64,000 bases of DNA. Source: Guillardia theta CCMP2712 (Eukaryota > Protista > Cryptophyta). Positions 33,001 to 47,487 of this stretch are shown piece after piece. Position 1 is the stretch's first letter, and each line of letters begins with the position of its first letter. The notes beneath the pieces were generated by a model. It searched no databases. It worked only from the letters and a program-made list of their open reading frames with translations, and was not told the DNA's origin. The position numbers and the translations under genes are program-made. The stretch spans positions 293,741 through 357,740 of the forward strand of contig NW_005434656.1 in NCBI RefSeq assembly GCF_000315625.1, read 5' to 3'.

Positions 33001-36000
33001 GCAAGCAGCAAGCTAGCAGGTGGCAGACGCCTTGCTTTGACCTGATACGAGCCTGCAGGACACGCCGTACACGAAGTCGAGCCCGCGCTGCCCTGCACAT
33101 ACCCTGCTGGACACTCCATACACTGAGACGACCCGGTCGTGTTCTGATAGGCGCAAAGTCAGCAAGCAGCAAGCTAGCAGGTGGCAGACGCCTTGCTTTG
33201 ACCTGATACGAGCCTGCAGGACACGCCGTACACGAAGTCGAGCCCGCGCTGCCCTGCACATACCCTGCTGGACACTCCATACACTGAGACGACCCGGTCG
33301 TGTTCTGATAGGCGCAAAGTCAGCAAGCAGCAAGCTAGCAGGTGGCAGACGCCTTGCTTTGACCTGATACGAGCCTGCAGGACACGCCGTACACGAAGTC
33401 GAGCCCGCGCTGCCCTGCACATACCCTGCTGGACACTCCATACACTGAGACGACCCGGTCGTGTTCTGATAGGCGCAAAGTCAGCAAGCAGCAAGCTAGC
33501 AGGTGGCAGACGCCTTGCTTTGACCTGATACGAGCCTGCAGGACACGCCGTACACGAAGTCGAGCCCGCGCTGCCCTGCACATACCCTGCTGGACACTCC
33601 ATACACTGAGACGACCCGGTCGTGTTCTGATAGGCGCAAAGTCAGCAAGCAGCAAGCTAGCAGGTGGCAGACGCCTTGCTTTGACCTGATACGAGCCTGC
33701 AGGACACGCCGTACACGAAGTCGAGCCCGCGCTGCCCTGCACATACCCTGCTGGACACTCCATACACTGAGACGACCCGGTCGTGTTCTGATAGGCGCAA
33801 AGTCAGCAAGCAGCAAGCTAGCAGGTGGCAGACGCCTTGCTTTGACCTGATACGAGCCTGCAGGACACGCCGTACACGAAGTCGAGCCCGCGCTGCCCTG
33901 CACATACCCTGCTGGACACTCCATACACTGAGACGACCCGGTCGTGTTCTGATAGGCGCAAAGTCAGCAAGCAGCAAGCTAGCAGGTGGCAGACGCCTTG
34001 CTTTGACCTGATACGAGCCTGCAGGACACGCCGTACACGAAGTCGAGCCCGCGCTGCCCTGCACATACCCTGCTGGACACTCCATACACTGAGACGACCC
34101 GGTCGTGTTCTGATAGGCGCAAAGTCAGCAAGCAGCAAGCTAGCAGGTGGCAGACGCCTTGCTTTGACCTGATACGAGCCTGCAGGACACGCCGTACACG
34201 AAGTCGAGCCCGCGCTGCCCTGCACATACCCTGCTGGACACTCCATACACTGAGACGACCCGGTCGTGTTCTGATAGGCGCAAAGTCAGCAAGCAGCAAG
34301 CTAGCAGGTGGCAGACGCCTTGCTTTGACCTGATACGAGCCTGCAGGACACGCCGTACACGAAGTCGAGCCCGCGCTGCCCTGCACATACCCTGCTGGAC
34401 ACTCCATACACTGAGACGACCCGGTCGTGTTCTGATAGGCGCAAAGTCAGCAAGCAGCAAGCTAGCAGGTGGCAGACGCCTTGCTTTGACCTGATACGAG
34501 CCTGCAGGACACGCCGTACACGAAGTCGAGCCCGCGCTGCCCTGCACATACCCTGCTGGACACTCCATACACTGAGACGACCCGGTCGTGTTCTGATAGG
34601 CGCAAAGTCAGCAAGCAGCAAGCTAGCAGGTGGCAGACGCCTTGCTTTGACCTGATACGAGCCTGCAGGACACGCCGTACACGAAGTCGAGCCCGCGCTG
34701 CCCTGCACATACCCTGCTGGACACTCCATACACTGAGACGACCCGGTCGTGTTCTGGTAGGCGCAAAGTCAGCAAGCAGCAAGCTAGCAGGTGGCAGACG
34801 CCTTGCTTTGACCTGATACGAGCCTGTAGGACACGCCGTACACGAAGTCGAGCCCGCGCTGCCCTGCACATACCCTGCTGGACACTCCATACACTGAGAC
34901 GACCCGGTCGTGTTCTGACAGGCGCAAAGTCAGCAAGCAGCAAGCTAGCAGGTGGCAGACGCCTTGCTTTTGACCCTGATACGAGCCTGCAGGGACACGC
35001 CGTACACGAAAGTCGAGCCCCGCGCTGCCCTGCACATACCCTGCTGGACACTCCATAACACTGAGACGACCCGTCGTGTTCTGATAGGCGCAAAGTCAGC
35101 AAAGCAGCAAGCTAGCAGGTGGCAGACGCCTTGCTTTTGACACTGTATACGGAGGCACTGCAAGGATCACGCACGGTACAACAGAAGTCGGGAGCACCGC
35201 GCGTGCCACTGCACATACCCTGCTGGGACACTCCATACACTGAGACGACCCGGTCGTGTTCTGATAGGCGCAAAGTCAGCAAGCAGCAAGCTAGCAGGTG
35301 GCAGACGCCTTGCTTTGACCTGATACGAGCATGCAGGACACGCCGTACACGATGTCGAGCCCGCGCTGCCCTGCACATACCCTGCTGGACACTCCATACA
35401 CTCAGACGACCCGGTCGTGTTCTGATAGGCGCAAAGTCAGCAAGCAGCAAGCTAGCAGGTGTCAGACGCATTGCTTTGACCTGATACGAGCCTGCAGGAC
35501 ACGCCGTACACGAAGTCGAGCCCGCGCTGCCCTGCACATACCCTGCTGGACACTCCATACACTGAGACGACCCGGTCGTGTTCTGATAGGCGCAAAGTCA
35601 GCAAGCAGCAAGCTAGCATGTGGCAGACGCCTTGCTTTGACCTGATACGAGCCTGCAGGACACGCCGTACACGAAGTCGAGCCCGCGCTGCCCTGCACAT
35701 ACCCTGCTGGACACTCCATACACTGAGACGACCCGGTCGTGTTCTGATAGGCGCAAAGTCAGCAAGCAGCAAGCTAGCAGGTGGCAGACGCCTTGCTTTG
35801 ACCTGATACGAGCCTGCAGGACACGCCGTACACGAAGTCGAGCCCGCGCTGCCCTGCACATACCCTGCTGGACACTCCATACACTGAGACGACCCGGTCG
35901 TGTTCTGATAGGCGCAAAGTCAGCAAGCAGCAAGCTAGCAGGTGGCAGACGCCTTGCTTTGACCTGATACGAGCCTGCAGGACACGCCGTACACGAAGTC

Positions 36001-39000
36001 GAGCCCGCGCTGCCCTGCACATACCCTGCTGGACACTCCATACACTGAGACGACCCGGTCGTGTTCTGATAGGCGCAAAGTCAGCAAGCAGCAAGCTAGC
36101 AGGTGGCAGACGCCTTGCTTTGACCTGATACGAGCCTGCAGGACACGCCGTACACGAAGTCGAGCCCGCGCTGCCCTGCACATACCCTGCTGGACACTCC
36201 ATACACTGAGACGACCCGGTCGTGTTCTGATAGGCGCAAAGTCAGCAAGCAGCAAGCTAGCAGGTGGCAGACGCCTTGCTTTGACCTGATACGAGCCTGC
36301 AGGACACGCCGTACACGAAGTCGAGCCCGCGCTGCCCTGCACATACCCTGCTGGACACTCCATACACTGAGACGACCCGGTCGTGTTCTGATAGGCGCAT
36401 AGTCAGCAAGCAGCAAGCTAGCAGGTGGCAGACGCCTTGCTTTGACCTGATACGAGCCTGCAGGACACGCCGTACACGAAGTCGAGCCCGCGCTGCCCTG
36501 CACATACCCTGCTGGACACTCCATACACTGAGACGACCCGGTCGTGTTCTGATAGGCGCAAAGTCAGCAAGCAGCAAGCTAGCAGGTGGCAGACGCCTTG
36601 CTTTGACCTGATACGAGCCTGCAGGACACGCCGTACACGAAGTCGAGCCCGCGCTGCCCTGCACATACCCTGCTGGACACTCCATACACTGAGACGACCC
36701 GGTCGTGTTCTGATAGGCGCAAAGTCAGCAAGCAGCAAGCTAGCAGGTGGCAGACGCCTTGCTTTGACCTGATACGAGCCTGCAGGACACGCCGTACACG
36801 AAGTCGAGCCCGCGCTGCCCTGCACATACCCTGCTGGACACTCCATACACTGAGACGACCCGGTCGTGTTCTGATAGGCGCAAAGTCAGCAAGCAGCAAG
36901 CTAGCAGGTGGCAGACGCCTTGCTTTGACCTGATACGAGCCTGCAGGACACGCCGTACACGAAGTCGAGCCCGCGCTGCCCTGCACATACCCTGCTGGAC
37001 ACTCCATACACTGAGACGACCCGGTCGTGTTCTGATAGGCGCATAGTCAGCAAGCAGCAAGCTAGCAGGTGGCAGACGCCTTGCTTTGACCTGATACGAG
37101 CCTGCAGGACACGCCGTACACGAAGTCGAGCCCGCGCTGCCCTGCACATACCCTGCTGGACACTCCATACACTGAGACGACCCGGTCGTGTTCTGATAGG
37201 CGCAAAGTCAGCAAGCAGCAAGCTAGCAGGTGGCAGACGCCTTGCTTTGACCTGATACGAGCCTGCAGGACACGCCGTACACGAAGTCGAGCCCGCGCTG
37301 CCCTGCACATACCCTGCTGGACACTCCATACACTGAGACGACCCGGTCGTGTTCTGATAGGCGCAAAGTCAGCAAGCAGCAAGCTAGCAGGTGGCAGACG
37401 CCTTGCTTTGACCTGATACGAGCCTGCAGGACACGCCGTACACGAAGTCGAGCCCGCGCTGCCCTGCACATACCCTGCTGGACACTCCATACACTGAGAC
37501 GACCCGGTCGTGTTCTGATAGGCGCAAAGTCAGCAAGCAGCAAGCTAGCAGGTGGCAGACGCCTTGCTTTGACCTGATACGAGCCTGCAGGACACGCCGT
37601 ACACGAAGTCGAGCCCGCGCTGCCCTGCACATACCATGCTGGACACTCCATACACTGAGACGACCCGGTCGTGTTCTGATAGGCGCAAAGTCAGCAAGCA
37701 GCAAGCTAGCAGGTGGCAGACGCCTTGCTTTGACCTGATACGAGCCTGCAGGACACGCCGTACACGAAGTCGAGCCCGCGCTGCCCTGCACATACCCTGC
37801 TGGACACTCCATACACTGAGACGACCCGGTCGTGTTCTGATAGGCGCAAAGTCAGCAAGCAGCAAGCTAGCAGGTGGCAGACGCCTTGCTTTGACCTGAT
37901 ACGAGCCTGCAGGACACGCCGTACACGAAGTCGAGCCCGCGCTGCCCTGCACATACCCTGCTGGACACTCCATACACTGAGACGACCCGGTCGTGTTCTG
38001 ATAGGCGCAAAGTCAGCAAGCAGCAAGCTAGCAGGTGGCAGACGCCTTGCTTTGACCTGATACGAGCCTGCAGGACACGCCGTACACGAAGTCGAGCCCG
38101 CGCTGCCCTGCACATACCCTGCTGGACACTCCATACACTGAGACGACCCGGTCGTGTTCTGATAGGCGCAAAGTCAGCAAGCAGCAAGCTAGCAGGTGGC
38201 AGACGCCTTGCTTTGACCTGATACGAGCCTGCAGGACACGCCGTACACGAAGTCGAGCCCGCGCTGCCCTGCACATACCTTCACAGAATAGCCTGACCAT
38301 CGTGAGACGACCCGGTCGTGTTCTGATAGGCGCAAAGTCAGCAAGCAGCAAGCTAGCAGGTGGCAGACGCCTTGCTTTGACCTGATACGAGCCTGCAGGA
38401 CACGCCGTACACGAAGTCGAGCCCGCGCTGCCCTGCACATACCCTGCTGGACACTCCATACACTGAGACGACCCGGTCGTGTTCTGGTAGGCGCAAAGTC
38501 AGCAAGCAGCAAGCTAGCAGGTGGCAGACGCCTTGCTTTGACCTGATACGAGCCTGTAGGACACGCCGTACACGAAGTCGAGCCCGCGCTGCCCTGCACA
38601 TACCCTGCTGGACACTCCATACACTGAGACGACCCGGTCGTGTTCTGACAGGCGCAAAGTCAGCAAGCAGCAAGCTAGCAGGTGGCAGACGCCTTGCTTT
38701 GACCTGATACGAGCCTGCAGGACACGCCGTACACGAAGTCGAGCCCGCGCTGCCCTGCACATACCCTGCTGGACACTCCATACACTGAGACGACCCGGTC
38801 GTGTTCTGATAGGCGCAAAGTCAGCAAGCAGCAAGCTAGCAGGTGGCAGACGCCTTGCTTTGACCTGATACGAGCCTGCCGGACAGGACTCGCACTGGAG
38901 AGGGGCCAAGCCATTTCTGCGTGAGAAGGTCCCTGGAGAGCATCCATCGCACATATAGGTGCCGGTGGTGCCGTCGGGACAGCCTTGAAAGTCAAATAAC

Positions 39001-41321
39001 ATCTGCTTGTTCGTGAACAGAGGAAGTAGAGTCTGCGGATCGAACTGCCTGATCTCAACCGCCAGCTCTCCTCTGGTCAAAGCCGTGAGCGAGCTTGCTG
39101 CAAGAAACAAAATCGGAGAGGACAGATTGAGGCTGGGAGGGCCGATCCACGTCCAGTTGGAGGAGACCCTGCCGCTCAGCTCAAGCGCCTGCGTGACATT
39201 GAGCAGGTTCGATCGCGTCGCGATCAGGCCGGCGGTCGCCGAGTTAGTCAGCTCGAATGAGAGCGAGATGAGGCTCGTGCTCGTTGACCTGAAGGAGCCG
39301 ACGACGTTGAGACTCATGTTCTCCCCAAACGTCAGCCGTCCTCCTAGATCCACGTCTCCCACGATGCTGCCGCCCGGAAAGAGAGAACCTTGTACAATGC
39401 TCACATTGCCCAGCAGCTGCCCCCCGCAGAGATTGAGGACAGCGGCTTCTCCGACCTGGACGAAGCCTCCACGGAGCGACAACACTCCTCCGCAAGCGAC
39501 GCAAGACCCGACGTTGCGGAACGGAGCCTCGCTCACTAGCTCCTGGCCTGCAGCCACCGGACCGAAGGAGAAGCTGTGAGAGATCACCGTGCCGTTGCCC
39601 AGGAAGGTAGACGTGTTGGCTATCGAGATCGCCCCGAGGAACGTACACTCACCGACACACCTCAAGCTCGTGTAGGAGAATGATACATCACAGCCATGGG
39701 TTGAGTCCGCCATCGACGCCTGGACGACATTCTTCATCTCCAGACTACAAACGGAAGTGTTGGACGACAGCGAGATCCAGGATGTTCCAGGAAGGAGGTC
39801 AAGCTCAGCGTATCCTGACAACGTGAAGCTTGGACTCCCACCATACCCAGGTGAAGCAGCTACTCGCACACTGGCACTCATGGCGTTATTGACGATTGTG
39901 GCAACGACACCTGATTGCTGCATGAAGGAAGCCGTGGAGGACAAGGCGAGCGACAAGGAGCTTGACTGGATGATGATGACTCGCCCAGAGTTTTGTACGG
40001 AGCTGAAGGCGCTTGCCGTCATGACGAGCTCGCCCGCATTGGTCAGGAGGAGGCTCGACGCTTGATCCTGCAGTCTTGTCTCTGTAAGGCTTACTACGCC
40101 TTGAGCCTGATTTGAGATGATAGTCTGGCTCGCAAACGCCATGCTGAGCAACGCTACATTCCCGGCGTTGCTCAGAGTCAGCGACGAGATGCTACAGGCA
40201 GTCGACCCGTCAGATCCAAAGACCCCTCCGCTCAAGACGGATATCGAGGAAGCAGACACGCCTGCTCCCTTGAGGGATCCGGCGAAAAGATCTGTCGCCC
40301 CCATCGTCACAGTACATCCAGCTTTGACCTGGAAGAGCTGGGCAATGGTGGTGGGCCCATGGACAAAGAGCTTGATGGAGCTGCCGCATGATCCTGCAAG
40401 AAGCACGCTGTTGATCGACTGGAGATACACAGAGCCGCTGCCTTGCATCGTGTTAGAGACGAAGTTGTAACTGTTGGTCACGTTTAAGGAGCCGTCTACG
40501 CCCAGCAGCCCTGTGTTGGTTCCACCACCCGCGAATACCACCGTGCAGGGAGCGTCGATCTGAACGGTGCCTGAGTTGTTGAAGGCAGACATAAACCTCA
40601 TGTAGTACTTGGTCGAGGAGCCATCGTTGGAGAAAGTGATGGTCCCCGTAACATCATTCTTCCAACTACTGTAGGCGGCAGGGATGAAATTGGAGATTTG
40701 AAGATACAGCTTGTTGCTGTTGACCAGGTTCCCTGACATGTAGACGCTTTGGCCTCCGTTGATTTGCATGCTGCCGGAGTTCTTGATATTCATGGTGAGG
40801 TAGACTGTGTCCAGGGCGCTCAAGGGCTTGAGCAAAAACGTGCTGTGCCCGGCGACAGTCAGAGTTCCTGTAGGTGCACAGGATGCGCAGCTTGAGCTTC
40901 CGATGTTGGAGCCGTAGCAGACGAGCTGCGACTGAAAGGAGGTCGTGACCTGCTGACTTGCAGCGATGTTGAGTGCTAGTGCAGTGAGCGCAATGTAGTT
41001 CCCGACCGTGATAGTCTGCACGGTGAGCGACGGCTTATCTTGCAAGCTAGAAGCTTTGACGAACCACAGCTGCAGCGGAGAAGAAGGGATTGGCGCGGAG
41101 ATTGACAGAGACAGCGTGATCGATCCAACAGTCACAGACGCGTTGCTGAAGGTCACATTGCAGTTACTGGCCAGCTGGAACTGCGCGTCGTCACTGCTTC
41201 CCGGCATGTAGTCCCAGCAGTTGGGATCGAACCAGTCTCCGTTGCAGCAGCTCCAGACGGAGCACGTAGCCAGTCGTGCGCAGAGCGCAAGAAGTACACA
41301 GCAGAGGGCGCAGGGTCGCAT
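27057..41321 (-). CDS. Giant type-I membrane/surface protein (copy A): signal peptide, beta-helix-like passenger region, ~68 tandem 34-aa Cys-rich repeats, stalk, TM helix, cytoplasmic tail with partial WW-like motif
   Basis: Exon 1 38865-41321 (819 codons), tandem 102-nt exons NTTGSSQCMECPAGYVQGSAGSTSCTACPAGSYQ, last large exon 27057-27932 with TM GMIFAASLSLLTFGLGVFGF and WKEYKDSEGRGLYYNQ. A segment at 26768-26971 matches the copy B C-terminus, so the gene may splice further. Confidence 0.8.
27841..38878 (-). repeat. ~68-copy 161-bp tandem array of exon(102 nt)+intron(59 nt) cassettes
   Basis: Period 161 seen in successive ORF starts (27908, 28069 ... 38781). Each unit contains GTCAAAGC...CTGAC...CCTATCAG, homologous to the single intron 49945-50003 of the paralog. 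Confidence 0.95.
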
Positions 41322-41992
41322 CAGACTGTTCCCTTGAGGCTAGGGCAGAGAGAGGAGGACGCGGGAGGAGAAGGCAGGGGAGGCAAGGAAACAATCGAGA
41401 GGAGGAGGAGGAGAGGGGAGGGAGAGAGAAGGGGAGCGACAAGATGTAAAAAGACACCGAGGCAGTCAGGACCGGCTTGACCGTGGCTATGACGTTGGGT
41501 AGAAACGCAAGCGCTCTCCAGCAAAGATGAAGAGACGGAATAAAAGGATCGCGAGAAGGGAGGACAAGAGCAAGGCTTATCAGAAAGGTCCGGGGAGGCG
41601 CTAATGCCGTGACAGCATGCAGAGAGGAGTCCTGGTATCTGCTGCCATGGGCTGGGCTCGACAGCTTGCGGCTGCTGCTTGGCTGCTTGGGGGAGCGGGG
41701 GAGCATGGTTTGACCGCCCCTCCCACAACAAACTTTGCGGAGGTGGCGAGTGCCCAGTCTGACCGCCACTCGGCGTTATCGGCCCCGGGGCCCGGAGGAA
41801 TATATTACAGCCTGAGGCGGAGCCGTTTTCATTGCCTTGACAACGGTTGAAACGTTTTGACTGCCGCAGGACATGACGACCTTGCCAAGCAGGAACAAGC
41901 AACGAGACCACTGACTGCTCAGGGCAGTGCAGAAGACATGTTCTTGAGGCACAAGATGGATTGCTCATTTCTGATATTGAAGTTCTGAAAGG

Positions 41993-43876
41993 TTGCACCA
42001 TCCTCCTCCAGCACGGCAGATGTTTGACCTTCCAACGGAGGTGGACGCAAGGAAGACAAATTCTTCTCGCAAAACGCTTCCTCTCTATTTTCCTCATAGA
42101 TTTCTTGAGGCGTGTGACGATTTTGCGGCGACTTCTCGCTCCAATGCTAAAGTTGCAAAAGACCTGAAGGATGGAGTAGGTGTATACAATAGAAATTCCT
42201 TTGCAGACAGTGTATCAGCTGATCACATTGCAATAAGTTCAAATTCTTTAGAGAACATCAGTAAGCGACATGCATTATTGTCTGTGGAGCACTTGGTATC
42301 TCCAAGAAAGAAGTTGGTACTGCCAGGATTGAAAACGAGAAGCACCTTAGCAACCCCACAACAAGCTCCTTTCACTGTAAGAAATTCGACAGAATCAGGG
42401 CGGCATGGTGATCTCGCTTTGTCAAATCAAATTCCACGGAGTATAGTCTATGCTTTGATCAAAGAAAACGAAAGGCTCAAGAGCGAGATTCTTGAATATA
42501 CCAAAAGAGACTCCGGGAACAGAGATTCCGGCAAGGGAGACGTTGCACAGGAGTCAAGAGCCTCTATGTCACTCCCTCTTCCACAAGAACCAGCTGAAGA
42601 TGAGCGCCCATCGAAAATCACTGTCGACGCCAGTGATGAAGGCAGCTCGACAGATCTTCAACAGGATGATGTTACTTCAAAGGCCAGTCAGGCCCCGCTT
42701 TCTGCAAAAATGGTTTTTGCTTCATCAATACTGGCAAACAGCTTTCGCGAGAGAATCAAGTACGGAGCGAATGAGGGAGGTCGTATTAGTGACACGATCG
42801 TAACGAATCTCCTGCTGGACAGCGCTGATAAACAGGTCGATTCTCTGTTATTATGCATGACAACTATCTGAAGTTCTGTAATCCTCCAGATCCATTTGCC
42901 GAATCCCTTGTCCAAACTTGATTCTGCTTTTCATCGCGAATTCGATAGGATACATCGAAGCTGTCAAACATATGCTTACGAAATAGATGAGGAAAGTTTG
43001 AAGGAGTCATCATTCAATGAGAAACGCGTGGCTGAAATGCTACAAGCAACAAGCATGCTGCTTGCAAAGGCAAGGACGCAAGAGACCATTATGAAACAGC
43101 GGGAGCTGGAAGCAGAGCTGGAAGATCAAAAAAGAATAGCCCGTGCTCAAGAATCAATGGGAGAGGTTGGGAGCACGGCTGTAATGGAGACTTCAGCTTT
43201 GATTTCCATGATGAACGAGGCAATTTTTGTTATGCAAGGCGTTGTGAATAAGAGGAATCAGGCAATAGAAAGCGCAAATCATACAGCGGGAGAGTTAAGT
43301 CAATTAGCAAAAGAAAACAAGACATTAAGGCAAACCATCAAGAAAATGGAGAAAAAGGATCTTGAGGCGAAACGAGTGGATGCTACTAATATGGCCAAGA
43401 TTAGCGCACTACAGAGCAAATGTAATTCTCTCGAGGCTGCTCTCAACAAGTTGACTGAAGAACACAAGAACTTAGAATCAATCGTTCGGAGCTCGCAAAA
43501 TGACAGTGCTGCGAAACTAGCTGAGCAGAAGGCGATGCTCGAATTGGAATTCGAGCAGAAGATGACCAAACTACGTAACAGATCCATGCAAGCAACCTCT
43601 GAGATGGTGGAAGAGAATGCAACTCTCAACAGACGCATACAAATGCTGGAGAAGGAGATCGAAAGACTGACGGACGAGAATAAGAGCTTGAAGTCCAGAA
43701 CATACAACAATGATTTCGATGAAAAAGAGATTCTGGTTTTCTCACCCAGTAAATCTGCTTCAGGTAACATTCTTTGCTCGAAAATCTTGTCAACACGATT
43801 GGATGTTCCGTGATAACTTGCTTTTGCAGTTCATGGGGTTCAGGAAGATTTAAGGGTCTTCCCTGATTCTACCTAA
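41993..43876 (+). CDS. Coiled-coil hypothetical protein, multi-exon
   Basis: ORFs 41993-42871 and 42896-43813 with long heptad-rich charged stretches (LAKENKTLRQTIKKMEKK..., LEKEIERLTDENKSLK); ends approximate. Confidence 0.65.
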
Positions 43877-44914
43877 GAGTTCTAATCATCCTCTATCCAA
43901 TGAACCTGGTATCTAGAATGCAAGGATGCTTCAGCAATACCGAACCGATTGGTGACAATTTATGTACAGATGTTCTCAAGAGGAAATACCAGTGAACAAT
44001 CTATCCTAGCCATTGACTACTTGATGGCTAAATCCATATTCCCACAGGCGTCCAAATACGACCTGTATGCAGAAACCGAATTCCACATAAGCACGCCACA
44101 GCCCGAAAGCTCAACCACTGAAACTCGAATACATTCTATTTCGTAATTCAACCATGCCCACAAGGCTTTCTGTATCCACACAGTGCTAACTCTTGTTTGA
44201 TACCTTCTCAATCTTTGATGTACTCGATCTCCTCCGCCTTATCTAGTTGTTTTCTTTCTTCACTTCCTCCTCCTCCTCCTCCTCCTCTGCTCCTCCTCCT
44301 CCTCCTCCTCCAACTTTGTCTGATGCGGTTTCCATCCATTTCCCAACAAAGCACGCCTCGGCTCAGTAGTGTGGGTCAAAGCGAGGATTGATTATCAAAG
44401 TAAAGTTGGCTGGAAGGGTTCTGGACCACCCCTACACCAGAATAACAACATGTCTCCGGAAATCTTGGTAGGCAGCCCCAAGGGTGGTAGCAAGATGTTG
44501 GGGTAACTAGATTTCAGACTGAAACCTAAAATTTGAAATATGAGAGAAAATTCAAATTTGAATATTTCAACCTGTAGAAAAATTTCGCCAACTTTCAGGA
44601 GAACAAGCGTGCCACGTGCCCCCATCGCAGAGGCAATGCTAATGCTCGATAACGGAGTGGGCGAGAGGGGGGCGAGGGGGGGACGAGAAGGGAGGGGCAG
44701 ATAGCAGGTCCATGCGGATGTGTAGTCAACTACTTGCCATTGTTTTGGCGCACAATTCATGATAATACGTCTCATGAGCTCCGTGTGAAATAGCATGGCT
44801 GTTTCGGCTGAATCATGTTGCAAATTGGTTTCGGTTCAAGAAGGATAGTTCGTCGTTATGAAGATATCGTACAGTTTTTCCTCACAAGGCTGAGCATTGC
44901 GCACAGATATTCCG

Positions 44915-46747
44915 ATGGTTTCCATTGGTCTTGCTGCCGTAATCAGGCGAATCCCTGCCGCAGCCACCATCACGGTTTGAGCAGAGTTGCTGTTTGTTAT
45001 GTCCTGTCTGATTTGGGAACGTCATTAGGGGCGCGCATCTTGGTTGAAAGGCAGACTTCCTGTTTCTTCAGTGAATGTGATCTCAAGGACCTTTGCTACT
45101 TATGAGCGCACCAAGGTAAACACTGGTTGGGCGAACACAATCTCCCTGATCCGAGTTTCAGCCCCACTTGAACATTGGTACCATCGGTCACGTCGATCAT
45201 GGCAAGACAACGCTCACAGCAGCAATCACGAGAGTCATGGCCGAACAGAACAAGACAGTGAAGGCTATGGCTTTTGATGACATTGACAAGTGATGCAGCT
45301 GTGACCATGAAATCGAATGACCCGCATTCCAGGGCACCAGAGGAGAAGGCTCGTGGTATCACCATTGAAGCTGCACATGTGGAGTATGAGACCGAGAAGA
45401 GACATTACGCTCATGTCGACTGCCCTGGACACGCTGACTATGTCAAAAACATGATCACTGGAGCTGCTCAGGTCTGTAGTATTACTTTGAAATGTTTCTG
45501 GCAATGATTTTTCTGTGTCCAGATGGAAGGCGCCATTTTGGTGGTTTCAGCACCAGATGGACCCATGCCACAGGTTCTTTGATTGAGTTCAGTCTAATTA
45601 GAATTTGACAAGAGTGCAGACGAGGGAGCATATTCTTCTCGCTCGTCAAGTTGGAGTTCCTGCAATGGTTGTTTTCCTGAACAAGTGCGATGCTGTGGAC
45701 GACCCGGAGTTGATAGATCTTGTCGAAATGGTTTGATTTGATCATTGCATTCGTATCTCGCTGACAGACTCTCGGTATGTAGGAAGTGAGGGAACTCCTT
45801 ACCTTCTACAAGTTTCCCGGAGACGAGATCCCCATCGTCCGCGGCTCTGCCTTGCACGCCTTGAATGGAACTGAACCCTCCCTGGGCAAGGATAAGATTG
45901 TCGAGCTCATGAAGGCAGTTGATGATTACATCCCGGAACCTGCTCGCGACATGGACAAGCCATTCCTCATGCCGGTAACATCTCAGTAGATTTATGCAGA
46001 CCGATTTTGAATTCGCTCGTATGCCACAATAACTTGACTTTGCCAGGTTGAGGATATTTTCAGTATTGCGGGTCGTGGTACTGTTGTGACCGGCAGAATT
46101 GAAACTGGTACAATCAAGGTTGGTGAAGACATTGAAATCATCGGTATCAAGAATCCAGTCAAAACAACATGCATCGGTAATGTCTCAATTTTTGTTTTGG
46201 CTTCTTTTCCTTTTCCTAACAGTTGCATCCAGGGGTTGAAATGTTCAAGAAAGAGCTTGGTCAGGGACAGGCTGGCGATAACTGTGGAGTTTTGCTTCGT
46301 GGTATTAAGCGTGAAGATGTCACCAGAGGGCAGGTGAAGTGTTGCTTTTGTTGCTATCCGATGCTTTTCTAAATTCCTGAAATAGGTTTTGGCCAAACCT
46401 GGAAGTGCAAAGACTGCAACGAAATTCAGTGCGGAAATCTACTGCCTGTCAAAGGAGGAAGGAGGTCGCCACACTCCCTTCTTCAAGAAGTACAAGCCCC
46501 AGTTCTTCTTTCGTACTGCAGACGTCACTGGCACCATCATTCTTCCGGATGATATCCAGATGGTTATGCCTGGCGACAATGTCAGCTGTACTGTTGAACT
46601 TATCTGCCCGATTGTCATGGAGAAGGTCTCTCAGCAATCGATTGTTGTTTCTGCGATTAACTTTCTGGATCGCAGGGTTTGCAGTTTGCTATCAGAGAAG
46701 GTGGCAAGACGGTGGGTGCCGGAGTTGTATCGGAAATTTTAGCATAA
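44915..46747 (+). CDS. tufM: Mitochondrial elongation factor Tu, multi-exon
   Basis: Arg/Ser-rich presequence [12 protein letters not shown]..., then [75 protein letters not shown]. Confidence 0.95.
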
Positions 46748-47487
46748 GCACAGACTTCCACATACGTCTTAGGAAGACTATGGTTCTGAAACGCGTCAGC
46801 TGAGTCGTTCCTTGAGCAATGTTTCAGAAATGAAATATACATGTCGACCAGACACAAATCCGTGAAAATTTCACTTGCGCACTCTCTTTACTGATTCAAG
46901 TTTGTGAGATTGCCGTCATCAGTTTTGCGAATGATAAAGCACCATGAAACCATCTACACATTTGAAACTTGAGAACGAGCATTTTGAAATAAAGAAAACG
47001 ATTCCAAATACAGGTTCGAAAAACAGCACTCGCGGCTTTCGAGCAATGACCTGAGGCGAGCTTGGAGAACCAGAAAAAGTTTGTGGGAGGGGCGGTCAAA
47101 CCATGCTCCCCCGCTCCCCCAAGCAGCCAAGCAGCAGCCGCAAGCTGTCGAGCCTAGCCCATGGCAGCAGATACCAAGACTCCTCTCTGCATGCTGTCAC
47201 GGCATTAGTGACTCCCCGGACCTTTCTGATAAGCCTTGCTCTTGTCCTCCCTTCTCGCGATCCTTTCCTTCCCGCTCTTCCTCTTTGCTGGAGAGTGCTT
47301 GCGTTTCTACCCAACGTCATAGCCACGGTCAAGCCGGTCCTGACTGCCTCGGTGTCTTTTTACATCTTGTCGCTCCCCTTCTCTCTCCCTCCCCTCTCCT
47401 CCTCCCCCTCTCGATTGTTTCCTTGCCTCCCCTGCCTTCTCCTCCCGCGTCCTCCTCTCTCTGCCCTAGCCTCAAGGGAACAGTCTG

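Noticed and set aside
27704-38781. Dozens of separate 142-aa ORFs
   Set aside because: Artefacts of reading through the 59-nt intron in each 161-bp unit; they belong to one spliced gene.
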